Source of the DNA: Octopus sinensis
Taxonomy: Eukaryota
DNA: 64,000 nt
Assembly: GCF_006345805.1 (NCBI RefSeq)
Contig: NC_043004.1
Span: 78,616,001-78,680,000 of the forward strand
Direction of reading: 5' to 3'
The position numbers and the translations under genes were made by a program. Below, piece by piece: positions 40,574 through 52,000 of the stretch. How positions within the stretch are numbered: position 1 is the stretch's first letter; each line of letters opens with the position of its first letter. The notes beneath the pieces are model-generated. The model made no database searches. It was not told the DNA's origin and saw only the letters and a list, made by a program, of their open reading frames with translations.

Positions 40574-41934
40574 GTATATTTTTGTTGTTGTTGTCATGTG
40601 GTTTGTTATATAACTTTAGTTTTTAGTCTTGTGTTGTTGACTTTCAAATATTTCCTAATGATATTTTATTTTCTTGCTTCCACTTCATTTTGCTGTGAAA
40701 TATTTATTCAGAACATTTTCTGAAAAAAAAAAATCTCTCTGAAATTTTACTGAAGTTCTAAATTGTTTTCTTTGTCTCTCTTTTAATGTTAAGTTTATTT
40801 AGTTCATTTGCTTGATCCATTATTCCTGCTGGTGTTTGAAATAAAGAAAATGGAGAGAGAAGGTGAAATTAAATATCATAATTCAGGACTTAGTATTACT
40901 TAATCACTTTTTAGATTACATGAAAAAGGAAGTTGGATATCTTTAATAAGTTTTTTGTTATGTTATGATATTTCTGTTGAAATGCGGTGCCTTTGTTTTA
41001 ATTAATTTTGAAAATGACAAGGGAGAGTCTATAACCCATTGTAGAACAAATATCACAAGGGACTTCAGTTACAAAGCACTTTTTTTTTTCCAGATTTCTT
41101 GTCTTCTCTTGCTTCAGTCATTTGACTGTGGCCATGCTGGAGCACTGCCTTTAGTCGAACTAATCGACCCCAGGACTTATTCTTTATAAGCCTAGTACTT
41201 GTTCTATCGGTCTCTTTTGCCGAACTGCTAAGTTACGGGGACGTAGACACACCAACATCCGTTGCCAGGTGATGGTGGTGGGGCACAGGCACACAAAAAC
41301 ACACATGTATATACGACAGGCTTCTTTCAATTTCCATCTACCAAATCCACTCACAAGGCTTTGGTCAGCCTTGCCAAAGCTGAGCAGTAGGATTGAATCC
41401 ATAACCTCATTGTTATAAAGAGAACTACTTAACAATATGACCCTAATTTACTAATTTAGCTTCCTACACATGGCTGTGTGGTAAGAAGCTTGTTTCCCAA
41501 CCACATGGTTCCAGGTTCAGTCCCATTGTGTGGCACCTTGGTGTCTTTTACTCTAGCCTTGGGCTCACCAAAGCCTTGTGAGTGGATTTGGTAGATAGAA
41601 ACTGAAAGAAGCCTGTCATATACATACGTACATATATGTGTGTGTATATATATATATATATATATTTGTGTATGTGTCTGTGCTTGCCCCCCCCCACCAT
41701 CACTTGACAACCGATGTTGGTGTGTTTATGTTCCTTTAACTTAACTGTTCCACAAAAGAAACTGATGGAATAAGTACTAGGCTTACAAAAAATAAGTCCT
41801 GGGGTGAATTTGTTCGACTAAAGGTGGTGCTCCAGCATGACTGCAGTCAAATGTCTCCGACAAGTAAATGACTTAATTACTAGTCATCTTCAAATGAAAT
41901 GTGAATTCCAATTTGATCTCCTAACCATTTCCAG

Positions 41935-42125
41935 GTACGCTGATGTATTATTAACCTGGAGTGAATTGAAAACAACCTCTGATCCCCTTCGATTTGAGAA
42001 ATTATTCCAGCAGGTTCACAGTGCTTTTCTGCTTCGACTGTTTCAAACTTTCCTAGAAGCAGCACCACAGTTAATTCTTCAGTCCTATGTGCTTCTAAGC
42101 ACCTGGCATGGATCTGCAGGGACAG
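41935..42125 (+). CDS. XKR: XK-related protein exon with the family signature FLEAAPQLILQ
   Basis: Acceptor catttccag|G TAC completes CG|G=R; donor ACA G|gtgag. Encodes YADVLLTWSELK...LLRLFQTFLEAAPQLILQSYVLL; L..F.TFLEAAPQL.LQ is the XK-domain hallmark. Confidence 0.96.
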
Positions 42126-42464
42126 GTGAGTCTGACTGGAAATATATTTTCAGAAATATTTTCTTCTAATCTGTCTTTAAAAATATTAAAAATCTTGTAA
42201 TCATGTTTTTAACAAATTAACCTATTTGGATACTGAGGACCACTCTATGCAAATATATAATATCAACACTGGGGAATGTATTTTATAATGTTTTGTGGTA
42301 TATTCACACTACTGACTAAAAATATAGCCTTCATTTGTTTCTAGCAGCTCTTGTTTTTGAGATATGATACTTAACCAAGAACCGTGTACTATTGCTATAC
42401 AGAACTGGATTTACTGTTTTTCTTCTCTGAGGAAAATTGTTTTTTAATTAAAAAAATTTTTTTA

Positions 42465-43385
42465 TGTGATGATGTTCATGGCTTGCTGATGAAAGTGGAT
42501 GTATCAAAATATGATGTGCCATGTAAGTGATGGTTTATATGCAACAGCAACAACTATGGATCAATCCCATTTGGTCACTCAACTAAGATGACTGGTCAGC
42601 AGGAAACAAATGCTTTGGTCTTACAGAAGATAGCCATACTACAACCACTACTGTCTAATCTGTGTAGATCTCCAGTGTTAGCAGAGTAGATACACCAAGT
42701 GTTCTTGCTTTATCTGTCCGAGGAGGAGAGCTTGATGAGAAAACAATGGCCTCTGAGAGAAAGCATGGTTATAGGAGAAAAGAATGTAATTTCAGAACAT
42801 TTGTTTGACGGAGATAAGATCATCTTATAATCACTGTATATCAAACTATACTTAATGAAACAGTTTGTGAAGGTTTTGAAGGAAGAAGCAGATTGCTTTG
42901 ATTACAAATGCAGGACATTTTCAGTGCTGAGCATGGAAAGAACTGAAGGCAGGTGTTTTGTAGAAACCACAAATTAGGAAACTCATGAAAGACGTGCATT
43001 TCCAAAATTCAGTGAACAATGTTGAGGCAGATGCAGGGTCTTTGTGCCCCCTGGTTATGAGAGATTTTCTGGGGAATTATAAAGCAAATAATTACTCTGA
43101 CCTGGTTCAGAGCATGCTCTCTTCTTTCCATCAACTTGGCTGTGATATGAGCATCAGACTACATTACACAGCCATTTGGATCGTTTCCTGGACAACTTTG
43201 GTGACCTAAGTGATGAACAGGGTGGACATTTCCACTAAGACTTAAGAACTATGGAAGAAAGGCACTGAGGACATTGCGATACCCATATAATGGTAGACTA
43301 TGGCTGAACCATTTAACAAAATTGTCCTGGGGCAGCTCTCCTCAGGAAGTCTCTGAAACACTGCTTTCAGGAGGAATCTGAATAA
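42465..43385 (+). mobile_element. Decayed DNA-transposon transposase, probably CMC/Chapaev-3-like
   Basis: Frame-shifted pieces CDDVHGLL, NNYGSIPFGHS, ICVDL, LKAGVL*KPQIRKLMKD, FLGNYKANNY..LV..ML..F..LGCDMSIRLH, HLDRFLDNFGDLSDEQG.HFH*DL.TME.R..G..D.H.M.DY. These are co-linear with a widespread invertebrate transposase family. The superfamily name is from memory. Confidence 0.72.
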
Positions 43386-43574
43386 ATGAATATTATATTA
43401 ATGAAGTTTCCTATATTTGTTTTGCTATTATTTGATCCTATGGATGTAATTTATGGAAGATGTACTTGCATAGCAAGTGACCTGATCTCAGATCGTGTGC
43501 TGGAACGAAAACAATTGCAGCATGGAAAGTGTTTATAAGCCATTTAAAAACACACAAAAACCGTTAGATTCACT

Positions 43575-43825
43575 TCAACATTTAAGTGACTTATTTCTTT
43601 ACTACCCACAAGGGGCTAAACACAGAGGAGACAAACAAGAACAGACAGACGGATTTAGTTGATTATATCGACCCCAGTGTGTAACTGGTACTTATTTAAT
43701 CGACCCCGAAAGGATGAAAGGCAAAGCCGACCTCGGCAGAATTTGAACTCAGAACGTAACAGCAGACGAAATACAGCTAAGCATTTCACCCGGCGTGCTA
43801 ACGTTTCTGCCAGCTCGCCGCCTTT
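43575..43825 (-). mobile_element. SINE family B, CpG-rich (young-looking) copy
   Basis: Minus GGCGGCGAGCTGGCAGAAACGTTAGCACGCCGGGTGAAATGC...GAGTTCAAATT...GGCTTTGCCTTTCATCCTTTCGGGGTCGATTAAATAAGTACC. Other copies at about 1580-1780, 6010-6200, 12170-12310, 13770-13965, 19625-20010, 29560-29950, 39435-39640, 48612-49080 and 50350-50565. Confidence 0.88.
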
Positions 43826-44608
43826 GAGACTGATCTGTTCACTGACAAAATTCCATATGCTTAACAATCAGGGCTATAACATATCTTGGTAACTACAGCT
43901 GGTAGAGATAAACTGATGGCATATTTAGAATCAGTGAGTCTGCTGAAATTAATTTACACACATAACATCCAAAGGTACATCTTTTTTCCACTGATGATAT
44001 TAAGCTCATGTCGCATAAATGTAAATTTAATGTTTACTGAGTATTAATAGAAACGGCTGTAAGTGAAGATGACCAATTTGCTGTTAATGATGAACAATTA
44101 TTAACTTCCCAATCTCCAGTTTCTTCTTTTATATGATTATAAACTATATATTTTTATATATACCTATTATTTTAAAGAATCTAAGCTTTTTATATGCAAC
44201 ATATTTTCTGTCTAGGGGACACAACTCGACCTTTTTATCGCCCAAAGGGACAGCTAGGAACATCGTATACACAGAAGTATTCGAGTGAAGAGAAGATATT
44301 GCAACCTACACATGCTCCTTCGTTCCCTAGAGGGAAAGGACTAGATTGGGATTAGTCGTTGCCTACTAGGGGCTCTTACATACACTGGCTATGCTGCTAG
44401 TTTGGTATATTTTTAATTCCATGTTACATGTTTCGTTACAGGATAGAAGATACAAATATAGATATTGAAATGACATGTATAGAATCTCTTACCTGTAATT
44501 CTTTTGACAAAAATTCAAGAACACAACTTCGATATCATAACTCTTGATGTATATTGTGTGTGTGTGTGTTTATAAAAGATTTTAATATACATTTATTTAT
44601 GTTTCCAG

Positions 44609-44818
44609 GTTTTTCTTTAATAATTTCTCTCATATCGTTTTCCTGGGGCTTTGTAACATACTCTGACAATCTCCGACTTCAATCTCGAAATATTCCTCGT
44701 CCAAAATGGCCAAGTTTTCTGCTACAGATTGGTTGGCAGATTGGAATGACATTATCCAGAGTGGCGGCAATTATAATGTTTGCTTTTTGCTTTAAGAGTT
44801 GGATATTTTTCGCTATAG
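44609..44818 (+). CDS. XKR: XK-related protein exon
   Basis: Acceptor gtttccag|GT, donor ATA G|gtaaga, phases 1/1, 210 nt. Encodes GFSLIISLISFSWGFVTYSDNLR...WQIGMTLSRVAAIIMFAFCFKSWIFFAI (S..SLSW..Y and R..A...FA motifs of XK proteins). Confidence 0.95.
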
Positions 44819-45953
44819 GTAAGAATACCACTATTTCTTTGTGTTTATGAAAGCATCACATTCCTGATAATCTTTCTGTATTGTGGAATTTTGTGATGAA
44901 AAACTAATTTCCTATTCACTTCCAAGTTCTTTGATTTCTATGTCACCTGGAAGTCAACGGGAAATAAGTTTCTTGTTACAGAATTCCCTGTTATGGCAAG
45001 TTTTTCAGGAACACAATGTTTCCTTAACGTTTGTATTATGAATCAATTTCTTTCTCCTTTGATATTTTCTTCAAACTTAATTCCTTGTTATATTTGGGTT
45101 ATTTCTGATTTTTTCATCTGAATCTAAAAGTATTTGAATAATTAAGATTTTCTCCACACAATCGGCCTCAAAACTCTTTTGCCTTTTATCAAACTATCTT
45201 CAGAATTCCGTGGGAATATAATACACAAATTTCTTTTAGAAGTTTCTTTGGATCAAAATGTAACTATCATCTGACCATTAGTAAGGAGAGACACACAAAT
45301 AAGAAAGAAGAAAGCAAAGGACCACTGATGAGGTCACAGATATGTGACGAAAGAACTCTGGCCGAAATAAGATTAAGATTAATGTAAAAAAAATAAATAA
45401 CGCTGAAGCAATGTAACACCAAATATATAGTGCGTGTGTTTTTATTGGCTAAACTGGCAAAATGACCATTCCAAAATACAACAATAACTATCATCATTTT
45501 ACGTCAATAACATACTGTTAAATGCACCATTATTTTAATCAAAGGCTGTTTCTTGTGTATGTATTCACTTAATTCAAGCCTGGCCATCTTTCAGACAAAT
45601 CCTGAATGCTATGTTTACTAATTTCTATACCAAAATGAATATCTTTCAGCTGAGCTTTATGACTCATTTTCCTTTCATATTATTGTTCAGTTGTGCAAAC
45701 TCATTTCATTGAACTAAATGAGCTTTGGAAGGGCAACATTACTCCTAATTGTAATATTTCATTACTGAGTCTCTATGATTAGTTTTAGAGAAACTACCCA
45801 GACATAATTAACTTTTGTGAAGCTTTCAGGATAAATAGATTAAAAAAATGCAAGACTCATTTGGAAAAATGGGAAAAAGAATGAGTTTGAGCAGTTAAGA
45901 AATCAGAAGGCTCTATAGATAAGATTGATCGTCACCACAACCACAACAAACAT

Positions 45954-46349
45954 TATTATTTGCATTTGATGGACATTTGTCCTCATCTGGTTTGTTGTTA
46001 ACACGTTTCGGCTGATATACCCTCCAGCTTCATCAGGTTTTCTTGGGGAAGAAATTTCGAACCTGGGTTCTCATTCCTAAGGTATTTTTCAATGTTGTTG
46101 TTATTATTATTCAGGTGACTGCCTAGAATCGAATTCGGAATCCCAAGATTTGGAGTTCAATTCCAGGCAGTGACCTGAATATGAATAATAATAATAAGAA
46201 GAAGAAGAACAACATTGAAAAATACCTTAGCAATGAGAACCCAGGTTCGAAATTTCCCCAAGACACCTGATGAAGGCTGGAGGGTATATCAGCCAAAACG
46301 TGTTAACAACAAACAAGATGAGGACAAATATCCGTCAAATGTAAATAAT
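45954..46349. mobile_element. Two inverted Penelope-like terminal-repeat fragments forming a ~395-bp palindrome, each with a hammerhead-like core
   Basis: 45954-46142 is the near-reverse complement of 46147-46349. CTGATGA-stem-GAAAC occurs on minus at about 46001-46040; CTGATGA-stem-AAAAC occurs on plus at 46263-46303. Confidence 0.75.
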
Positions 46350-46744
46350 GTAAATAGTTCATCTCTTAAATATAGAACTGAACATTATTATTATTGTTTA
46401 ATGACCACTTTTCCATGCATGTGACAGACAAAATGTGTTGAGGCAGATGCCTTTCTTTTGTTGCCAACCAAGGTAATGTTTTTCTCATGGTAAGGTAGTG
46501 AGCTGGCAAAATTGTTGGGCAAAATGTTTACATCTACACATCCACTTCTCTCTTTTTTCTGATGAAGGACCAGCACCTGAAATGTTAAGACACTTCCATT
46601 CTCTTTCCTTTAAAATATTAAGCTAATACTGCATTTTTAAAATCTGTTCTTTCTGTGTTGTCCTTATTGTGATTTATAATATATACGTGTTTTTTCAATC
46701 CTATTTAAAATGTTTGTATACAATCGGATATTCAAAGATATACT

Positions 46745-47229
46745 CTGCAGAAACTGGGTTTTCAAGGTGGTCATTAAGCTCTGCAGTAATTTTGGGAGCT
46801 GTACTTTTGTGATCCTTTCTAACAATTTGCATAAGAGTCTGACAGTCCCTATCTGAAAGTTTTGGTATTCTTCAGGAATTTTGTTTTGACGAGGAGGTTT
46901 TTCCCTTTTTCTCAAAGGCTGTCATTACTTTCGAGACAGTACTTCTTGATACACCAAACATTTCGGCTGTTTTTGTTATGCTAGCGCCTGCCAAAGAAGC
47001 ACCAACAATTTGACCTCTTTGAAAGTCTGATAGATCTGTCATTTTAATGAATTTTAATTACCTTTTTCTGATGATATCTGAAAAGAAACAGAAATTTTAA
47101 CAAAACATTAAGCAACACTAATAATAAATCAAAAACATAAAAATAAACAAGCTTTTTACAGGTTTTATAGATATTTCAAAATTATGATGCTGTGGTGCTA
47201 GGTGTTTCCATTATTTTGTCCAACCCCTG
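46745..47229 (-). mobile_element. Tc1-like element, 5' half: TIR plus paired-like HTH of the transposase
   Basis: TA-flanked TIR CAGGGGTTGGACAAAATAATGGAAACACCTAG at 47199-47229. ATG at 47042 gives MTDLSDFQRGQIVGASLAGASITKTAEMFGVSRSTVSKVMTAFEKKGKTSS..S*RIPKLSDRD..., with one internal stop and no DDE domain or right TIR. Confidence 0.9.
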
Positions 47230-47383
47230 TATATCAGGATATTATTATTTACAATAAAATCAGGCGGCATGGCATGCATAAAAAGCAATTAAGGTAAAAA
47301 GTTAATTAATAATTAACACCTTTATGGTTTTTTATGCATGCTATTCCACTTGATATTATTGTAAACAATAATATCCTTATATA
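47230..47383. mobile_element. 154-bp fold-back at the TA next to the Tc1 TIR
   Basis: GGATATTATTATTTACAATAAAATCAGG..GCATGCATAAAAA versus GGATATTATTGTTTACAATAATATCAAG..GCATGCATAAAAA (reverse complement of the right arm). Confidence 0.8.
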
Positions 47384-47771
47384 TATTTTTATAATTTATT
47401 ATTCACTTCAATCACCTTTTTAAATTTGCTGCGGCATAAAAAAACAGTCATTGCACACATAGTTGAGATGGGCAGTTTCTATGACCCCGGGACAGTAAGA
47501 CACGCTGAGGCTAACTAAGTGACAATTTACACAAAGTTTGAAATTGTGATGGTATGGGTATATCTAGATTTTCAATTTATGATTCTATCCATTATTGGTA
47601 CGAAGGTTTACAATTTCTGCTCATTACCATGATTTCAATTAATGCATATCAATGGAAATTTGTGGCTGTATTCACCTTGTGACTGCTATTTTTAGCATGC
47701 CAGTGCTATTTGTAGCACCCTTAATTATTTATGTGTATATATATATTTTCTCACTGTTTATTTCTGTGTTC

Positions 47772-47807
47772 CTTTCTGCCGAAGAGCATAGGCTCGAAAT
47801 GTAAAAG
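47772..47807 (+). ncRNA. Minimal type-I hammerhead-like motif in a Penelope-type repeat (47750-47930)
   Basis: CUUU-CUGCCGA-A-GAGC(AUAG)GCUC-GAAA-UGUA-AAAG: 4-bp stem I, 4-bp stem II, and a loopless stem III followed by GUA. The core deviates (CUGCCGA, GAAAU), so it may be inactive. Confidence 0.5.
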
Positions 47808-48033
47808 ACTTTCTCACTTCCCGAGCATTAAACTGATACATCTGTTTGTTGTTTACACACCTATCTTCGTCTTTTGTTTTGATTTTTTTTTGTAAATTCC
47901 AACTATATATATACACACACAGATACATACATACGTTTGTGAATATATATCTACCAGTAGAGTTTCTGCACATATTTTAAGCACAATAATTTACTAAAAA
48001 TATTTTTATTCTTCCAAACTTTCTTTTCCATAG

Positions 48034-48318
48034 GAGTTCATTGGATGCTGATGAGTCTATGGATAATTGCTGAGAAACCCAAACTGCGCAGCGTTTGGTG
48101 GCAAGACAAGTTACTTTCCTGTCTGGTTGGATTCATCTACATCTTTTGTTTCTTACATATTCAAAACGGTTCTGGGCGCTGGCGCTTGTTCTTCTTTTAT
48201 GCCCTGCTTTTACTGGAGAATTCTCTTGCAGTTATTGCCTGGTTGTTGACTCCAATTGATATAGCTGAAGCATATCAGTGGCTGTTTACAGCTCTTGTCT
48301 TTACGGGATTTCTCATAG
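48034..48318 (+). CDS. XKR: XK-related protein exon
   Basis: Acceptor ttcttttccatag|GA, donor ATA G|gtgag, 285 nt. Encodes GVHWMLMSLW...GFIYIFCFLHIQNGSGRWRLFFFYALLLLEN (HW..M..W and G.IYIF.F.......R.R..YY.L...EN XK motifs). Confidence 0.95.
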
Positions 48319-50202
48319 GTGAGACACTGGTTATTGTTATTGTTGTTGTTATTATTATTGTTATTACTGTGTAGGTGGCACGTAAAAAACACCATTTGAG
48401 CGTGGCCGTTACCAGTACCGCCTGAGTGTCGGTGGCACGTAAAAGCACCCACTACACTCTTGGAGTGCTGGGCGTTAGGAAGGGCACCCAGCTATAGAAA
48501 CTCTGCCAGATCAGATTGGAGTCTGGTGCAGCCATCTGGTTCGCCAGACCTCAGTCAAATCGTCCAACTCATGCTAGCATGGAAAGCAGGTGTTAAACGA
48601 TGATGATGATAAAGTAGCAAGCTGGCAGAATTGTTGGTGCCCCAGGTAAAATGCTTAGTGGCATTTCATCTGTTTTTATGTTCCGAGTTCAATAACTTTG
48701 TTTTTCTTCCTTTTGAGGTTGATAAAATAAATACCAGTTGAGTGCTGGGATCCATGTAATCAGCTAAGCTCCTCCTGCCAAATCTGCTGGCCTTGTGCCA
48801 AAATTTGGAGTGATTGTTATTAAGGCAGCAAGCTGGCAGAATTGTTAGCACACGAGGTAGTATTTTGTTTGGCTTTTCATTCTGAGTTCAAATTCTGCCA
48901 TGATCAACTTTGTTGTTCGTCCTTTCAGGATTGATAAAATAAGTACCAGTTGAACACTGGGATCAATGTAATCAACTTAACCCTCCCCTAAAATTGCTGG
49001 CCTTGTGCCAAAATTTGAAACCATTATTATTATTATTGTTGTTGTTATTTAGGCAATGAGCTGGTAGAATCTAGAGTATCAGACAAAATGCTCTGTGGTA
49101 TTCCAACCAGTTCTTTACATTCTCTGTTTGAATCCAGTCAAGGTCAACTTAACCAGATGTCCTTTTTGAGTACTAGTCATGTACAGGGGTTGACAGCAGT
49201 GACTATCCCCTTCCCGTTGACACTGTTGAGCCCAGGGTGATAGCTGAAGATGCTTGCCCAAGGTGTTGAACCTGGAACCATGTGGTTGAGAAACAAACTT
49301 CTTTACCACACAGATATACCAGAGTGAATTCTCTCTCCCTTTTGTTATTTTTTTTTTTTTGTAATGCGTCTTGGAAAATTTCATTTTTAAAAAGTGCATC
49401 ACATACAAAATGTTTGGCTATTTCTGAAGCAGTGCTTCCTCATCTGTTCAACAGAATAGAAATTGTCTTAGCCAGCACGGTATAGAATAAGTCTATGAAT
49501 CTCGTTTGGAGAGACATGAATGTTACACTGCTTAAAATACAGGACTTTTTCCTCCTAAAAATTTGTTGCAAACATAAATGAAAAAGGGGCCTTAGGGGCT
49601 GCTATAATGTCTTTGATCCCTAGTCAGCTGAGTGAAGAGTTACCTGGGATTAAACAAATTAAATTCAAGGGATTTCTATAATCCAGTCATTCTAAAACTG
49701 ACTGTGAAAGACTATAACATATTGTTTTAGGCAGAAGTATTTGTCGTATTTTCTCTACAGTAATCAGCAGGCTAACATCATTATTATCTTCATCAAAAGA
49801 TAATTCATTTTTTAAAATTAATGTCAGGTTGGACAAATTATATACACATCATATTTTTCTGTATATTTATGAAAACTTCAAATCTTTAACGGACGATACA
49901 TAACTAATTGTTGAATACATTGTGTTATTTCCAACATCTTTATATATATATATATACAAAAAATCTATCTAATGCTCTTAGCTAGACTTTTTGGTGGGCA
50001 ACCAAACTGAACAGTAACTGCCTGAAACTGTAAGGACGTCTGGTAACTTGACTGATGAAAGAAGGCCACAAATGACCTATCCCTCTAATAGTTGTTTTTC
50101 CTGTCTGCCTTTGTATCATCTATCTGTCCGGATGTTTTATTGTCCTCTATTGCGTTTTTGTTCCATTATATATATAATTTTACTTTTTATTTTTTGCTGT
50201 AG

Positions 50203-50315
50203 GAGTGGTCTGTTTGCTCTTGTTTTATTGCTGCTACCATCCTGACCAAAAGAATTCCACAGAAGATTGTACATCAACAGAAGATAAAACTATAGCCAGA
50301 ATAGAAAGAGCCAAG
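50203..50315 (+). CDS. XKR: XK-related protein exon: last TM helix and start of cytoplasmic tail
   Basis: Acceptor tttttgctgtag|GA, donor GCC AAG|gtaaca (phase 0). Encodes GVVCLLLFYCCYHPDQKNSTEDCTSTEDKTIARIERAK; G....L.YY..YHP closes the XK domain. Confidence 0.93.
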
Positions 50316-51384
50316 GTAACAAATGAATTTTGAAAATACATTTTGCTTTCCAAGGCAGTGAGCTGGCAGAATCGTTAGCATGCTGGGTAAAATGCTTAGC
50401 AGCATTTCATCCGTTGATATGTTCTGAGTTCAAATTCCGCTGAGGTTGACTTTGCCTTTCATCCTTTCAGGTTTGATGAAATAAGTACCAGATGAGTGCT
50501 GGGGTCAATGTAATTGACTCTCTCCCTCAAAATTACTGGCCTTGTGCTAAGATTTGAAATCAAATGTATGTTTTCTTCCTCTTTTGTTTAAAAGGTGCTG
50601 CAGTGTAGTGGCTCTTGCTCCCATTTTCTGAGAATCTCATTTATTTCACTCTGCAAGAATTCACCTGTGATATTACATTTGACCAGATATTTTGTCAATT
50701 AGTTTGAGCTTAACAAACCAAGTTAAAGAAATACTCAACAATCCAATTAGGAAGACCCCTATGTAGTTGCATGATCTGCTAGAAATAGCAGACAAATTCT
50801 TCTCAAATCAAATTCGGCCTAAAAAACAAAACATTGGCTGTTGCTGTCAGAGACTGTGCCATGAAGAAAAAAAAAAAGATTGGACAGTCAAGGCTTTTAT
50901 GACGCATTGAAAGTTCTCCAGGTTTTCAACCTTTGAAGCTGATAGAGAATATTTCTTTTCACTGAGAAAAGGTATCAATTTAATCTTTTGGACACCAAAC
51001 TGCCTGAGACCTACCCACACCTGTGGCCACCTCACTCCTGGTTTTACGATATAATCCTCCAGTTTTAAAGTGATCTAAATTAAAATTTCCCACTAAAATT
51101 TCATGTTATCTTCCAAACCTTAGCTTAATAGCGACAATGGTATTTTTACTATATTCTTCGTTAGGTGTCAGGTGATGCCTGTGAGGTTGCTTTGGCTTTT
51201 CCAATGCCTTATCCTCGCCATTGCTCGTGGTAATGCTGGCTTGCTTCAATAGGTTCCGTTAAACCTTGTGGTGTGCAAACAGTTGCTATGATAAAAAATT
51301 CTCCACAAACTGTTTCAATACAGTTTTAACAGAAAGATTTGGAAGAATTAGATGAAAGTTCTCCGCTTATTTTCTTCCATGTAA

Positions 51385-51730
51385 GCACAGGAGTGGCTGT
51401 GTGGTAAGTAGCTTGCTTACCAACCACATGGTTCCAGGTTCAGTCCCACTGCATGGCACCTTGGGCATGTGTCTTCTACTATAGCCTTGGGCCAATGAAA
51501 GCCTTGTGAGTGGATTTGGTAGACGGAAACTGAAAGAAGCCTATTGTATATGTGTGTGTGTGTCTGTATTTGTCCTCCCCACCATCGCTTGACAACCAAT
51601 GCTGGTGTGTTTACATCCCTGTAACTTAGCGGTTCAGCAAAAGAGACTGATAGAATAAGTACTAGGGTTACAAAAAATAAGTCCTGGGGTCAATTTATTC
51701 GACTAAAGGCAGTGCTCCAGCATGGCCGTC
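51385..51730 (+). mobile_element. tRNA-headed SINE family A (representative full copy)
   Basis: Box A-like GTGGCTGTGTGGT and box B-like GGTTCAGTCCC head, internal (TG)n, and tail ...GAATAAGTACTAGG...GTGCTCCAGCATGGCC. Other copies or fragments at about 470-830, 3360-3760, 8050-8180, 9290-9480, 20995-21180, 22290-22650(-), 38140-38480, 39800-40130(-), 41111-41370(-), 41466-41860, 57575-57900(-) and 63590-63850(-). Confidence 0.88.
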
Positions 51731-52000
51731 GGCTTTGCTTTTTGTCCTTTCAGGATTGATAAAACAAGTGTCAGGTGAGCACTTTGCTTGATATAATCAA
51801 AAGCCAGCATTTGAAACAAATATTTTCAAACAATTGAAATAATGTGTATTTCTACAGAAATATGGTAACAAAAAGATTAACACAAGTCTTATCTGTGAGA
51901 GAACTTAACGAGTTACCATCACAAAAGTTAATTAACAAGTATTTTATTAGTTTCTATTGAAATTGTGTCTATATTCATATTTGTTTATTTCTCATTACAG

